A stretch of DNA of 44,056 nt from a virus, in IMG/VR virus record IMGVR_UViG_3300024999_000022, one strand, 5' to 3'. The notes under the pieces are model-generated. The model had not been told where the DNA came from, ran no database searches, and saw nothing but the letters and a program-made list of their open reading frames with translations. A program made the translations under genes and the position numbers. Below, piece by piece: positions 32,600 through 40,054 of this stretch. The first letter of the stretch is position 1. Each line of letters opens with the position of its first letter.

Positions 32600-33574
32600 A
32601 TGAACAATTTTTATGATACTTTTAAGCTAGGTATAGAGGTAGAGGGAGAATTCTTTTCTGATTGTCCAGAAATTGGATTATCCCATTGGACAGTTGATGA
32701 AGATGGATCTATGGATGAAATTGGATTTAAAAATCTAGATACATTTTGCTGGGAACTTCAAAGTAAAGTAATAAAAAGTGAAGAGGATGAAAAAGAAACA
32801 CTTAATGATTTGTTAAAATTATTAAAAGTTAAATCTGGATTTGGAAGGGAAATAATTGCTACAAGAAACAATTCTTGTGGAACACATATTCATTTCAGCT
32901 TCAAAAAAGTAAGCGACCACCTACTTTATCTTTTCGATACTATTGAATTTGAAAAATACTTCTTTAAAAGATATTTATCATTTTTTAAGAATCAAAAATT
33001 CATTTCTAGGCTTGAAAATAAGTATTGTCGTGCTTTTGCTAGTAGAGAAAGTGGTAAATTTAACTTCTCACTATTAGATATTGAAAATAAGAAAAAAAAT
33101 AGAGATAAATATTTTTGGCTCAACGTTAGATCTATTTCACAAGGTACTGGTATTGAAATTAGGGTATTCCCACACATGCAAACAATATCTGGAATAAAAG
33201 AAGTGATTGAGTTTACTAAATCTGTTGTTAATGGATTTTATAATCTAAAGACAACACCTAAAAAACTTAAACTTATAAATTTTTTCTTTAACAATATTTA
33301 CAACAAAAGATTTGATGAGAAAAAACTTTCAGATCAAAAGCAAATAATATTCAAAGGTCTAGATATTAGAGATTCTTCTGATATTTCTGGAGATGTTATG
33401 ATTATGCTATCTAAATGGGCTATTAAAGCCCCTAAAACAATAGCTCCTACTAGAAGACAACGTAGACGAGAGCTATCAATTGAGACACATGATAGTGGAT
33501 ACAGCGTGGAATATATGGCTAATAATATTATAGGTCAATTTAACACTCCAACACGTCTTAGAGCACCATTTTAA
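32600..33574 (+). CDS. Second amidoligase (Amidoligase_2 type), no zinc ribbons, basic C-terminal tail
   Basis: LGIEVEGEFF, VDEDGSMDE, NSCGTHIHFSF, GTGIEIRVFPH. Tail APTRRQRRRE. Confidence 0.7.
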   Translation: MNNFYDTFKLGIEVEGEFFSDCPEIGLSHWTVDEDGSMDEIGFKNLDTFCWELQSKVIKSEEDEKETLNDLLKLLKVKSGFGREIIATRNNSCGTHIHFSFKKVSDHLLYLFDTIEFEKYFFKRYLSFFKNQKFISRLENKYCRAFASRESGKFNFSLLDIENKKKNRDKYFWLNVRSISQGTGIEIRVFPHMQTISGIKEVIEFTKSVVNGFYNLKTTPKKLKLINFFFNNIYNKRFDEKKLSDQKQIIFKGLDIRDSSDISGDVMIMLSKWAIKAPKTIAPTRRQRRRELSIETHDSGYSVEYMANNIIGQFNTPTRLRAPF

Positions 33575-33592
33575 TTAATAAAAAATAACTAA

Positions 33593-34348
33593 ATGTGTGA
33601 AATTCTAACATTAAAATACAACAAAAAGGGTATTAAGTTTGAACTAGAAGCAATAGAAACTGCTTTAAAGAACAATCCAGATGGTGCAGGATATGCTATT
33701 TTAAAGAAAAATAGAGATTCTTGGGAGCTAGTGGAAGAAATAAAATTTCACTTATCTCCTTCTAGAAAATCATTTGGTCGTACTGATGATTATGGATGGA
33801 AAATGTCAGAAGAGTATCAAAATTTTCTAAACTATTATCCAGAACAAGAATACGATTCACAGTATGTTTCTCTTGAAAAATTAGATAATCGTTATCAAAA
33901 AATTGCAGATGATTTCTATGAAAAACAAGCTGAATTGAAACCTGGACAAATAATGATAATGCACTTTCGTCTAGCTACTAGTGGATTTTCAGCTCAATCT
34001 GCTCAACCCATCTTAAATGGAAACTATCTCGTTATTCACAATGGAATCTTTAACTTAGATTCTATTCCTGGAGAAAGTGATACACTGTCATTTACAAGAT
34101 TGATAAATTCCAAATTAAAGGCATCAAATGTAAAAACTGTTTCTCAAGAACGTAAAATGTTAGAAGAGTGTCTGTCTAGTGCTGGTGGATATTGGTCTGT
34201 GTATATTTATTCTTGGAAAACAAAACAACTGCATTACTTCAAAAGCGAATTAGCTAGATTTAATGTTTCACAAGATGGTTTAATGTACTCCACAAGTGAA
34301 TATCGTTTTCCTCCAACACATCGTACAGCAGAAAGTCATCTTTTATAG
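33593..34348 (+). CDS. Second class II (Ntn) amidotransferase-like protein
   Basis: MCEILT (Cys2), NPDGAGYA, MHFRLATSG, SAQPIL, VIHNGIFN. Confidence 0.7.
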   Translation: MCEILTLKYNKKGIKFELEAIETALKNNPDGAGYAILKKNRDSWELVEEIKFHLSPSRKSFGRTDDYGWKMSEEYQNFLNYYPEQEYDSQYVSLEKLDNRYQKIADDFYEKQAELKPGQIMIMHFRLATSGFSAQSAQPILNGNYLVIHNGIFNLDSIPGESDTLSFTRLINSKLKASNVKTVSQERKMLEECLSSAGGYWSVYIYSWKTKQLHYFKSELARFNVSQDGLMYSTSEYRFPPTHRTAESHLL

Positions 34349-34603
34349 ATGTACTTTAATATTATACTCTTTTCTATCTCTGTATTCCTCGGCTTTACCG
34401 TTATTCCATTGAGAAATTGGTCTAATATATCCAACAACTCTACTAAAAACCTCACATAACTGAAAATTACGAAGAACTGGATCTACAAGATAACAATTTC
34501 TACATTTTATGTAAGTTTTATCTTGAACTCTATAGGGAACAAATTCTTCTCCTCGCTTAAGGTTTCTTTTGCAGTCGTGGCAAATGTATTTCATGCATTT
34601 CAT
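34343..34603 (-). CDS. Stand-alone NrdD C-terminal-like miniprotein (zinc ribbon plus glycyl-radical loop motif)
   Basis: CHDC ... CRNC, then VFSRVVGYIRPISQWNNGKAEEYRDRKEY. This resembles the conserved C-terminus of class III ribonucleotide reductases (R..GY..P...WN.GK..E...R). Confidence 0.6.
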   Translation of the reverse strand: MKCMKYICHDCKRNLKRGEEFVPYRVQDKTYIKCRNCYLVDPVLRNFQLCEVFSRVVGYIRPISQWNNGKAEEYRDRKEYNIKVHL

Positions 34604-34617
34604 AGTTGTAATACGGC

Positions 34618-34637
34618 AAAAAACCTACAAGGGTAGG
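34618..34637 (-). terminator. Short terminator-like hairpin inside the 5' leader of the NrdD-like gene
   Basis: Minus strand reads CCTAC-CCTT-GTAGG followed by TTTTTT, 14 nt before the ATG at 34603. Confidence 0.4.
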
Positions 34638-34726
34638 AAAAAGCCATTTAAAGTGTGCTGAGGTATTATCATCAGTCAATGTGCCGTTACTTTTTTAATT
34701 GTTCTCCTTTCAGAGTGTACATCTAT

Positions 34727-34755
34727 ATTATAGCATACAAATAACCAAAAAGCAA
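34727..34755 (-). promoter_or_regulatory. Candidate promoter for the NrdD-like gene
   Basis: Minus strand reads TTGCTT-17 nt-TATAAT. It is divergent from the plus promoter at 34769. Confidence 0.45.
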
Positions 34756-34768
34756 ATCCATCGCCAAA

Positions 34769-34797
34769 TTGACTTTTTATTATAGGTATGCTATACT
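34769..34797 (+). promoter_or_regulatory. Early-family promoter
   Basis: TTGACT-17 nt-TATACT followed by TAAATTAT. Confidence 0.6.
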
Positions 34798-34823
34798 TAA
34801 ATTATAACCAATAAATTAAAAAT

Positions 34824-35132
34824 ATGAATCATAAACAAAGAGATGAATCAATCAGAAAACACTTTGACGAAATAATGCAAATTTGCTCTTCTAAGGGCAT
34901 TGAATACGCAAATGATGACTTAGATGCTAATAAGAACTTTAAAGCTGTAGGAGAGGAATTAGGGCTAGATCCTAAGGCTATACTGTGGGTGTACAAACAA
35001 AAACATAACAGATCAATCGCCCAATTTATTAAATCTGGCAAAACACACTCAAACGAAACAATACAGTCTAGAATCTATGATGAGATACTTTATGACTTCA
35101 TACTACTAACTTTAATTGAAGATGAACAATAG
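34824..35132 (+). CDS. All-alpha MazG/DUF1599-like NTP-pyrophosphohydrolase-fold protein (tentative)
   Basis: KAVGEELGLD (EExG-like) and RIYDEILYDFILL (E..D-like) with helical character. Assignment is from motif recollection only. Confidence 0.35.
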   Translation: MNHKQRDESIRKHFDEIMQICSSKGIEYANDDLDANKNFKAVGEELGLDPKAILWVYKQKHNRSIAQFIKSGKTHSNETIQSRIYDEILYDFILLTLIEDEQ

Positions 35133-35134
35133 AT

Positions 35135-35163
35135 TTGCTTTCTGGTTATTATTGTGATATACT
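35135..35163 (+). promoter_or_regulatory. Early-family promoter (weaker -35)
   Basis: TTGCTT-17 nt-TATACT followed by TAAAATAT. Confidence 0.5.
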
Positions 35164-35376
35164 TAAAATATGGTAGTGACTAACTGAGAATACAGAGTTT
35201 TTCTGTGTTCCAATGTTCGCCCCTAACAGCTTAACTATACCGAACAATAAACTAAACACCACACTGGAGTTGTACCCAGTACAAGACAGTACAACGGAGA
35301 TGGATGGCAGGTTCGGGTTGAAAGAATGGAAGGGGTAAAGAGTGAACTAGCTAACTAGTATACTACTTAAAATAAT

Positions 35377-35784
35377 ATGGCTACATTAAGCATTAATTTA
35401 TGGAAAACAAATGAAACAATTCTGGAAGAATACACTGTTTACAAAAACAATCAGATTAAGCCCAGAAACACACCTTTGGTTAATAAAAAAAAGAAAAAAG
35501 GGAGAAAGCATAGCAAGAACATTAGAAGAAATATTGCAAGAATATCGGAAAAAAATAAATACGTAAAATATTTAGAAAGTAAACATTGGGAGGATAAAAG
35601 AAAAGAATTTTATACATTTTTAAAAAAATCTGGATTACCAATGAAATGTGATCTATGTGGAAGCAGGAAAAGATTAAATATTCATCATATGACTTATGAT
35701 AATATTGGATGTGAAGATATGCATGACTTACAATTATTATGTCAGATGTGTCACATGGAAGAGCATAATATAATTGTTCCCTAA
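35377..35784 (+). CDS. HNH-type nuclease with basic N-terminal region
   Basis: CDLCGSRKRLNIHHMTY ... LQLLCQMCHMEEHN. Confidence 0.6.
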   Translation: MATLSINLWKTNETILEEYTVYKNNQIKPRNTPLVNKKKKKGRKHSKNIRRNIARISEKNKYVKYLESKHWEDKRKEFYTFLKKSGLPMKCDLCGSRKRLNIHHMTYDNIGCEDMHDLQLLCQMCHMEEHNIIVP

Positions 35785-35823
35785 ACAAAGGTGGGATAGC
35801 ATTAAATAATTAAGAATAAAACT

Positions 35824-36081
35824 ATGATTTCAAAAATAGAAAGCGAGTTTGACGAGTTTTGGGGGAAGGAAAAGACAACAACATGTGGCGAAAGAGAAAA
35901 AATAAACATCAAACAATTCTACCGAGGAAAGATAATTGAGATGCTGGAGGAGCTGAAAATGGAAGACCCTGGACATCACGAATTTCATTTCTGCAAATTA
36001 TGCAAATATACCACTTGCACTTGCGAACATCACCAAGCAGTCCAAGAAATTAACGATAAAATAAACAAATTAAACAAGTAA
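35824..36081 (+). CDS. Small Cys/His-rich protein
   Basis: 85 aa, HHEFHFCKLCKYTTCTCEHH. Confidence 0.45.
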   Translation: MISKIESEFDEFWGKEKTTTCGEREKINIKQFYRGKIIEMLEELKMEDPGHHEFHFCKLCKYTTCTCEHHQAVQEINDKINKLNK

Positions 36082-36088
36082 CAATTAT

Positions 36089-36247
36089 ATGGAAATAATG
36101 GATTTAGAGTATATAACTGTTTGCCAAGAGTGCGGTTGTGTTTTCGATTTTACTCTAGCTATTAAATTTGAAGTCAAGAGAAACGGAAATCAAATAACAG
36201 TATGTCCAGCATGTAAGCACGAATATGAACTTCCAAAAACTAAATAA
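36089..36247 (+). CDS. 52-aa zinc-ribbon miniprotein
   Basis: MEIMDLEYITVCQECGCVF ... VCPACKHEYELPKTK. Hand-translated, below the ORF-track cutoff. Confidence 0.45.
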   Translation: MEIMDLEYITVCQECGCVFDFTLAIKFEVKRNGNQITVCPACKHEYELPKTK

Positions 36248-36254
36248 TCAACTC

Positions 36255-36290
36255 CCCATATCTTATGGGATAAGTGGAAATAAATATATG
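36255..36290 (+). repeat. Intercistronic element copy 1 (hairpin plus TAAGTGGAAATAAATATATG)
   Basis: CCCATA-tct-TATGGG hairpin, then the conserved 20-mer ending in the start codon. Confidence 0.6.
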
Positions 36291-36452
36291 ACTAAAAGAG
36301 AAAGAATTGAATACTATGAAGACAGGATAGATGAACTTTCACATATGGTTGATAGGCAAGAATTTCAGTTGATACACCAAAAAGAGGAAATATTCCACAA
36401 TAAAAACATGGTCAAGCTTCTTAAAAAACAACTTAGCCAAATAAACCCTTAA
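36288..36452 (+). CDS. 54-aa helical miniprotein (start moved to the Met preceded by the repeat element)
   Basis: MTKRERIEYYEDRIDELSHMVDRQEF. The ORF-track start at 36225 overlaps the previous gene. Confidence 0.45.
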   Translation: MTKRERIEYYEDRIDELSHMVDRQEFQLIHQKEEIFHNKNMVKLLKKQLSQINP

Positions 36453-36475
36453 TTCTAAGTGGAAATAAATATATG
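36446..36475 (+). repeat. Intercistronic element copy 2
   Basis: CCCTTAATTCTAAGTGGAAATAAATATATG. Confidence 0.6.
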
Positions 36476-36625
36476 AATGAAAAAAGAAATTGCTTGGAAT
36501 GTGATAAAGAAATGACATCAGAACAGATAGTTGGATATAAATATGCCTGCTCCGAAGAATGTAAAGACGAATGGGATTATACCTGTGAAGATATTGCAAG
36601 AATTGAAAAAAAATTATGCAAATAA
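36473..36625 (+). CDS. 50-aa Cys-rich miniprotein
   Basis: MNEKRNCLECDKEM ... YACSEECKDEWDYTCEDIARIEKKLCK. Confidence 0.45.
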   Translation: MNEKRNCLECDKEMTSEQIVGYKYACSEECKDEWDYTCEDIARIEKKLCK

Positions 36626-36626
36626 C

Positions 36627-36655
36627 CCCTTAATTCTAAGTGGAAATAAAATATG
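36627..36655 (+). repeat. Intercistronic element copy 3
   Basis: CCCTTAATTCTAAGTGGAAATAAAATATG. Confidence 0.6.
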
Positions 36656-36745
36656 AAATGGCATCAAATAATAATTTATGGTTTCGGATTAGCTTACATA
36701 GGGCGATTGATAGCATTCTTCATCAAAGGTTTTATGGGCTGGTAA
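36653..36745 (+). CDS. 30-aa hydrophobic miniprotein
   Basis: MKWHQIIIYGFGLAYIGRLIAFFIKGFMGW. Confidence 0.35.
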   Translation: MKWHQIIIYGFGLAYIGRLIAFFIKGFMGW

Positions 36746-36765
36746 TTAACTAACATATAATAGAT

Positions 36766-36936
36766 ATGACGCAAGAACAAATAGAAAAGCTACTAGATTA
36801 TGATGGCTGGATTGCATATCAAAAGGGGTCAAGAAAGTTCAAGGAAGCTGTGGAACTAGGATTGAAACTGCAAATGATTCAGGTCAATCACTTATTAAAG
36901 AAACTGGATAGTCGCTTAAATAACATAAAGATATAA
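36766..36936 (+). CDS. 56-aa helical miniprotein
   Basis: MTQEQIEKLLDYDGWIAYQKGSRKFKEAVELGLKLQMIQVNHLLKKLDSRLNNIKI. Confidence 0.4.
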   Translation: MTQEQIEKLLDYDGWIAYQKGSRKFKEAVELGLKLQMIQVNHLLKKLDSRLNNIKI

Positions 36937-36938
36937 AT

Positions 36939-37487
36939 ATGGAAAACACCTGCAAACACCTCTGGGATAGTGAAGAATTTAATCCAAAGTGTCATCAATG
37001 TGGACTTTTGATGAGAGATGACACCCCAAAACCTCTCAATGATACCAAAGACGAGTGGGCTGAACCAAAATACATACAACAATTTGATTTGTTATCACTA
37101 AAACTAGGTCTTGATGGATACCAAATGGATGAACTAAGACATCTTTTTCGCCAAACAATCCAAAAGGAAAGAGAGGCGTGGGAGAAGGAACAACCACAAT
37201 CAGACGAAGGAATTGAGAAGATATTTAAGGAAATAGGTAATTCAGACACTAGAAGTGCAAAAATTTTACTAGGGAGATTCGGACAAGAACAATACAAAGC
37301 AGGAGGCAATGAAGCATATCAAAGCGGATGGAATGATGGAAAGCTTTATGGAGAAATAATCGCAAAAAAAGCCAAAGCCGACCTCATCAAATCAATTACT
37401 GAATGGATTGAAAAAAAATGGGAAAATCAGGCTGGTCCTATGATAAACAAAGAATCACTTTTATTATTTTTAAAGGGACTGAAATAA
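36939..37487 (+). CDS. Hypothetical protein
   Basis: 182-aa ORF with N-terminal CKH ... CHQC. Confidence 0.5.
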   Translation: MENTCKHLWDSEEFNPKCHQCGLLMRDDTPKPLNDTKDEWAEPKYIQQFDLLSLKLGLDGYQMDELRHLFRQTIQKEREAWEKEQPQSDEGIEKIFKEIGNSDTRSAKILLGRFGQEQYKAGGNEAYQSGWNDGKLYGEIIAKKAKADLIKSITEWIEKKWENQAGPMINKESLLLFLKGLK

Positions 37488-37497
37488 ATATAAAACT

Positions 37498-38394
37498 ATG
37501 AAATTTATAAAATATGAAAAAATTCACAGACTAGGAAAAGAGGAAACAAATGGTATTTTGATAGGAAATTGCTTTATACAAGAAAAAATAGATGGTGCTA
37601 ATACTCAAATATGGATGGAAGATGGAGAAATTAGATGTGGATCTAGAAACAACATTTTAGAATCTGGTTTTAATGGATTTGTTGATTATGTCAACGAACA
37701 CGAAGGAATAAAAAGACTATTAACTGAAAATCCAGAATGGAGACTGTACGGAGAATGGTTAGTAAGACATACTGTTCAATACAACGAAACTGCCTACAAA
37801 CAATTCTATCTCTTTGACATACTAGTAGGAGATAAGTTTCTAACAACTGATGAAGTTTACGCTCATGCAATTGAGTACGATATCAAAACTCCAAAGCTCT
37901 TTGGATATATTGAAAATCCAACAATAGAACAACTACAAGAGTTTGTAGGTAAATCAGATTTAGGAGAATATGGAGAAGGAATAGTGATTAAAAACTTTGA
38001 CTTTGTAAACCAATTTTATAGATGTGATTATGCTAAACTTGTTACTGAAAAATTCAAGGAAACAAACTCCTTAGTTTTTGGAGGAAATAATAAACATTCA
38101 GAATCATATTGGGAAATGTATATTGTTAACCAATTCATAACGTTAGAAAGAATTAAGAAGATAATGCATAAAATACAGCCGCTAATAGAGAAGAAATTAG
38201 ACTTTGAGCATACTCCTCGTATAGCTGGAACTGTTCTAAATGACATGATAACAGAGGAAGCATGGACTATTTTTAATAAAGTACCATCAGTTAACAATAA
38301 ACTGTTAAAAAACTTAGCAAGTAGAAAAATTATCCAAATATATCATGATATACTAAATAATAACATCAGCGTTGCTGACCAAAAAAATGAGTAG
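37498..38394 (+). CDS. ATP-dependent RNA ligase (Rnl2-like nucleotidyltransferase)
   Basis: Motif I EKIDGAN (KxDG). YGEWL, EGIVIKN and AKLVTEKFKE follow in ligase motif order. N-terminal KYEKIHRL resembles the T4 Rnl2 N-terminus. Confidence 0.7.
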   Translation: MKFIKYEKIHRLGKEETNGILIGNCFIQEKIDGANTQIWMEDGEIRCGSRNNILESGFNGFVDYVNEHEGIKRLLTENPEWRLYGEWLVRHTVQYNETAYKQFYLFDILVGDKFLTTDEVYAHAIEYDIKTPKLFGYIENPTIEQLQEFVGKSDLGEYGEGIVIKNFDFVNQFYRCDYAKLVTEKFKETNSLVFGGNNKHSESYWEMYIVNQFITLERIKKIMHKIQPLIEKKLDFEHTPRIAGTVLNDMITEEAWTIFNKVPSVNNKLLKNLASRKIIQIYHDILNNNISVADQKNE

Positions 38395-38962
38395 CACAAA
38401 TAGAAGCAATGCCAGAGAGGATCATGTAGCCGATTATTATGTAACACCAATAAATTGTATTAGAGATTTTTTCACAGCATGGAAAGAGGATGTGGAAGAT
38501 GAGTTGGGGGGGGTGTGGCTTGATCCATGTGCTGGAGGAGATAAGAATCACCATATGTCATATCCAGAATTTATATCTAATGAATTAGGGATTAAAACAA
38601 AAACTATTGATATTAGAGAAGATTCATTAGCTGAAATAAAAGCAGATTTTCTAGAGATGAAATTTCAAAACAAATACGATGTGGTTATAACTAATCCTCC
38701 ATTTAATAAGGCAGTTGAAATTATAGAAAAGGCACTAGATGTATGTAAAGATGGCGGATATGTTGTTATGCTACTTAGACTTAATTTCTTTGGAGGAAAG
38801 TTAAGGCAAGAATTTTGGGATAAACAGATGCCAACCAACGCCTACATACACAGGAGAAGAATGAGCTTTCTGGATAATGGTGGAACAGATTCAATAGAAT
38901 ATATGCATGCAGTTTGGAAAAAGGGTGAATATCCTAAATTTACAAAGATTAGAATAATATAA
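38387..38962 (+). CDS. NPPF-motif N6-adenine (or N4-cytosine) methyltransferase, orphan
   Basis: YYVTP, LDPCAGG (motif I) and VITNPPF (motif IV). An alternative TTG start at 38372 is possible. Confidence 0.7.
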   Translation: MSSTNRSNAREDHVADYYVTPINCIRDFFTAWKEDVEDELGGVWLDPCAGGDKNHHMSYPEFISNELGIKTKTIDIREDSLAEIKADFLEMKFQNKYDVVITNPPFNKAVEIIEKALDVCKDGGYVVMLLRLNFFGGKLRQEFWDKQMPTNAYIHRRRMSFLDNGGTDSIEYMHAVWKKGEYPKFTKIRII

Positions 38963-38982
38963 TAATATAAACGTACACGATT

Positions 38983-39123
38983 ATGAAAAAAGGACACTGT
39001 GATAAATGTTTTGTTAATTTAGATAAAGAAGAACATAAAGAGTGGTGTCCATATCATAAAAAGGATACCACTGTAGATTCTATTAGGGAAATGTTTGGAA
39101 TGGATAATGAACCACAATTATGA
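38983..39123 (+). CDS. 46-aa Cys/His miniprotein
   Basis: MKKGHCDKCFVNLDKEEHKEWCPYHKK. ATGA overlap with the next gene. Confidence 0.4.
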   Translation: MKKGHCDKCFVNLDKEEHKEWCPYHKKDTTVDSIREMFGMDNEPQL

Positions 39124-39626
39124 AAAAAATTTATAAAAGAAATTGTCCATCATGTGGAAAAGAATTATTTTACGCTGATAATTCTAGTCTATGTCACTCT
39201 GAAAAGTTTAATCGTAAGTGTCATGTTAGTTGTGGAAAAGTTAGATATATTATAGATAAAAATGGTTGCTGGAATTTTCAAGGATCAATTAGCCGTACAG
39301 GATATGGGATGGCTAAAAAGAAGGGTATTAAGGCTACAACTGCACATAGAATTGCATATATTGAGAAATATGGGGAGTTAGATGATAATATTCAATTGGA
39401 TCATCTTTGTAGAAATAGGAAATGCTGTAATCCTGATCATCTTGAGCCAGTTACTAGAGAAGTAAATGTTCAGAGAGGGAATAGCACTAAACTAAAAACA
39501 GAAGAAGTTCTAGAAATAAGAAAAATAGGATCATCAATTAATCAGAGAAAAGTAGCAAAGATATACAATGTTAGTCAAACATTAATTTGGAGGATATTAC
39601 ATAAATTAGTATGGAAAAACATATGA
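39120..39626 (+). CDS. Free-standing HNH homing endonuclease (HNH_3-like) with C-terminal HTH
   Basis: GCWNFQGSISRTGYG ... AHRIAYIEKYG ... LDHLCRNRKCCNPDHLEPVT..VNVQRG. Confidence 0.75.
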   Translation: MKKIYKRNCPSCGKELFYADNSSLCHSEKFNRKCHVSCGKVRYIIDKNGCWNFQGSISRTGYGMAKKKGIKATTAHRIAYIEKYGELDDNIQLDHLCRNRKCCNPDHLEPVTREVNVQRGNSTKLKTEEVLEIRKIGSSINQRKVAKIYNVSQTLIWRILHKLVWKNI

Positions 39627-40054
39627 GAAAAATAGTTATGTTAACTGGATTACCAGCGGCAGGTAAAACTACTTTCGCAAAAAAACTTGTCTTAAAGGGA
39701 TATAAAAATATATGTAAAGATGATTTAAGGAATATGCTTGATTTTGGTTATTATTCTAATGATAATGAAAGAATTTTACTAGAGTGTAGAAATCAATTGA
39801 TAGAATATTTGATGGATGAGAGAAAAAATATTGTATTGTCTGATTGTAATTTTAACCCATACCACGAAAAAACAATTAGAAAAATTATAGAACAACATAA
39901 TTATTTTGAAGGATTTGGTAAAAATAGATATAAACTTGAAGTAAAACTTATTAATACACCATTGAAAGAGTGCATACTAAGAGATAGTCTAAGACTTAAT
40001 CCTGTTGGTAAAGAAGTAATAACAAAAATGTATGAGCAATATTTATCTAATTAG
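39611..40054 (+). CDS. pnk: Polynucleotide 5'-kinase (T4 Pnk kinase-domain homologue, stand-alone)
   Basis: IVMLTGLPAAGKTTFAKK (P-loop), ICKDDLRNM and IVLSDCNFNP parallel T4 Pnk ILTIGCPGSGKSTWA, INRDDYRQS and VIISDTNLNP. The start may be the Met at 39623 (ATGA overlap with the HNH stop). Confidence 0.8.
   Translation: MEKHMRKIVMLTGLPAAGKTTFAKKLVLKGYKNICKDDLRNMLDFGYYSNDNERILLECRNQLIEYLMDERKNIVLSDCNFNPYHEKTIRKIIEQHNYFEGFGKNRYKLEVKLINTPLKECILRDSLRLNPVGKEVITKMYEQYLSN

Noticed and set aside
29066-34348. Amidoligase/GATase pairs as a DNA base-hypermodification pathway
   Set aside because: I recognised no companion genes in the genome: no dUMP/dCMP hydroxymethylase, 5-hmdU kinase, aGPT-type transferase, DpdA/QueC-type genes or glucosyltransferase acting on DNA. 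The idea is kept only as an untested alternative.
38387-38962. Methyltransferase as a Hen1-like 2'-O-methyltransferase partner of the RNA-repair genes
   Set aside because: The NPPF motif IV and the YYVTP / DPCAGG pattern are characteristic of amino (N6-A/N4-C) methyltransferases, not Hen1-type 2'-O-methyltransferases. An orphan DNA methyltransferase is more likely.
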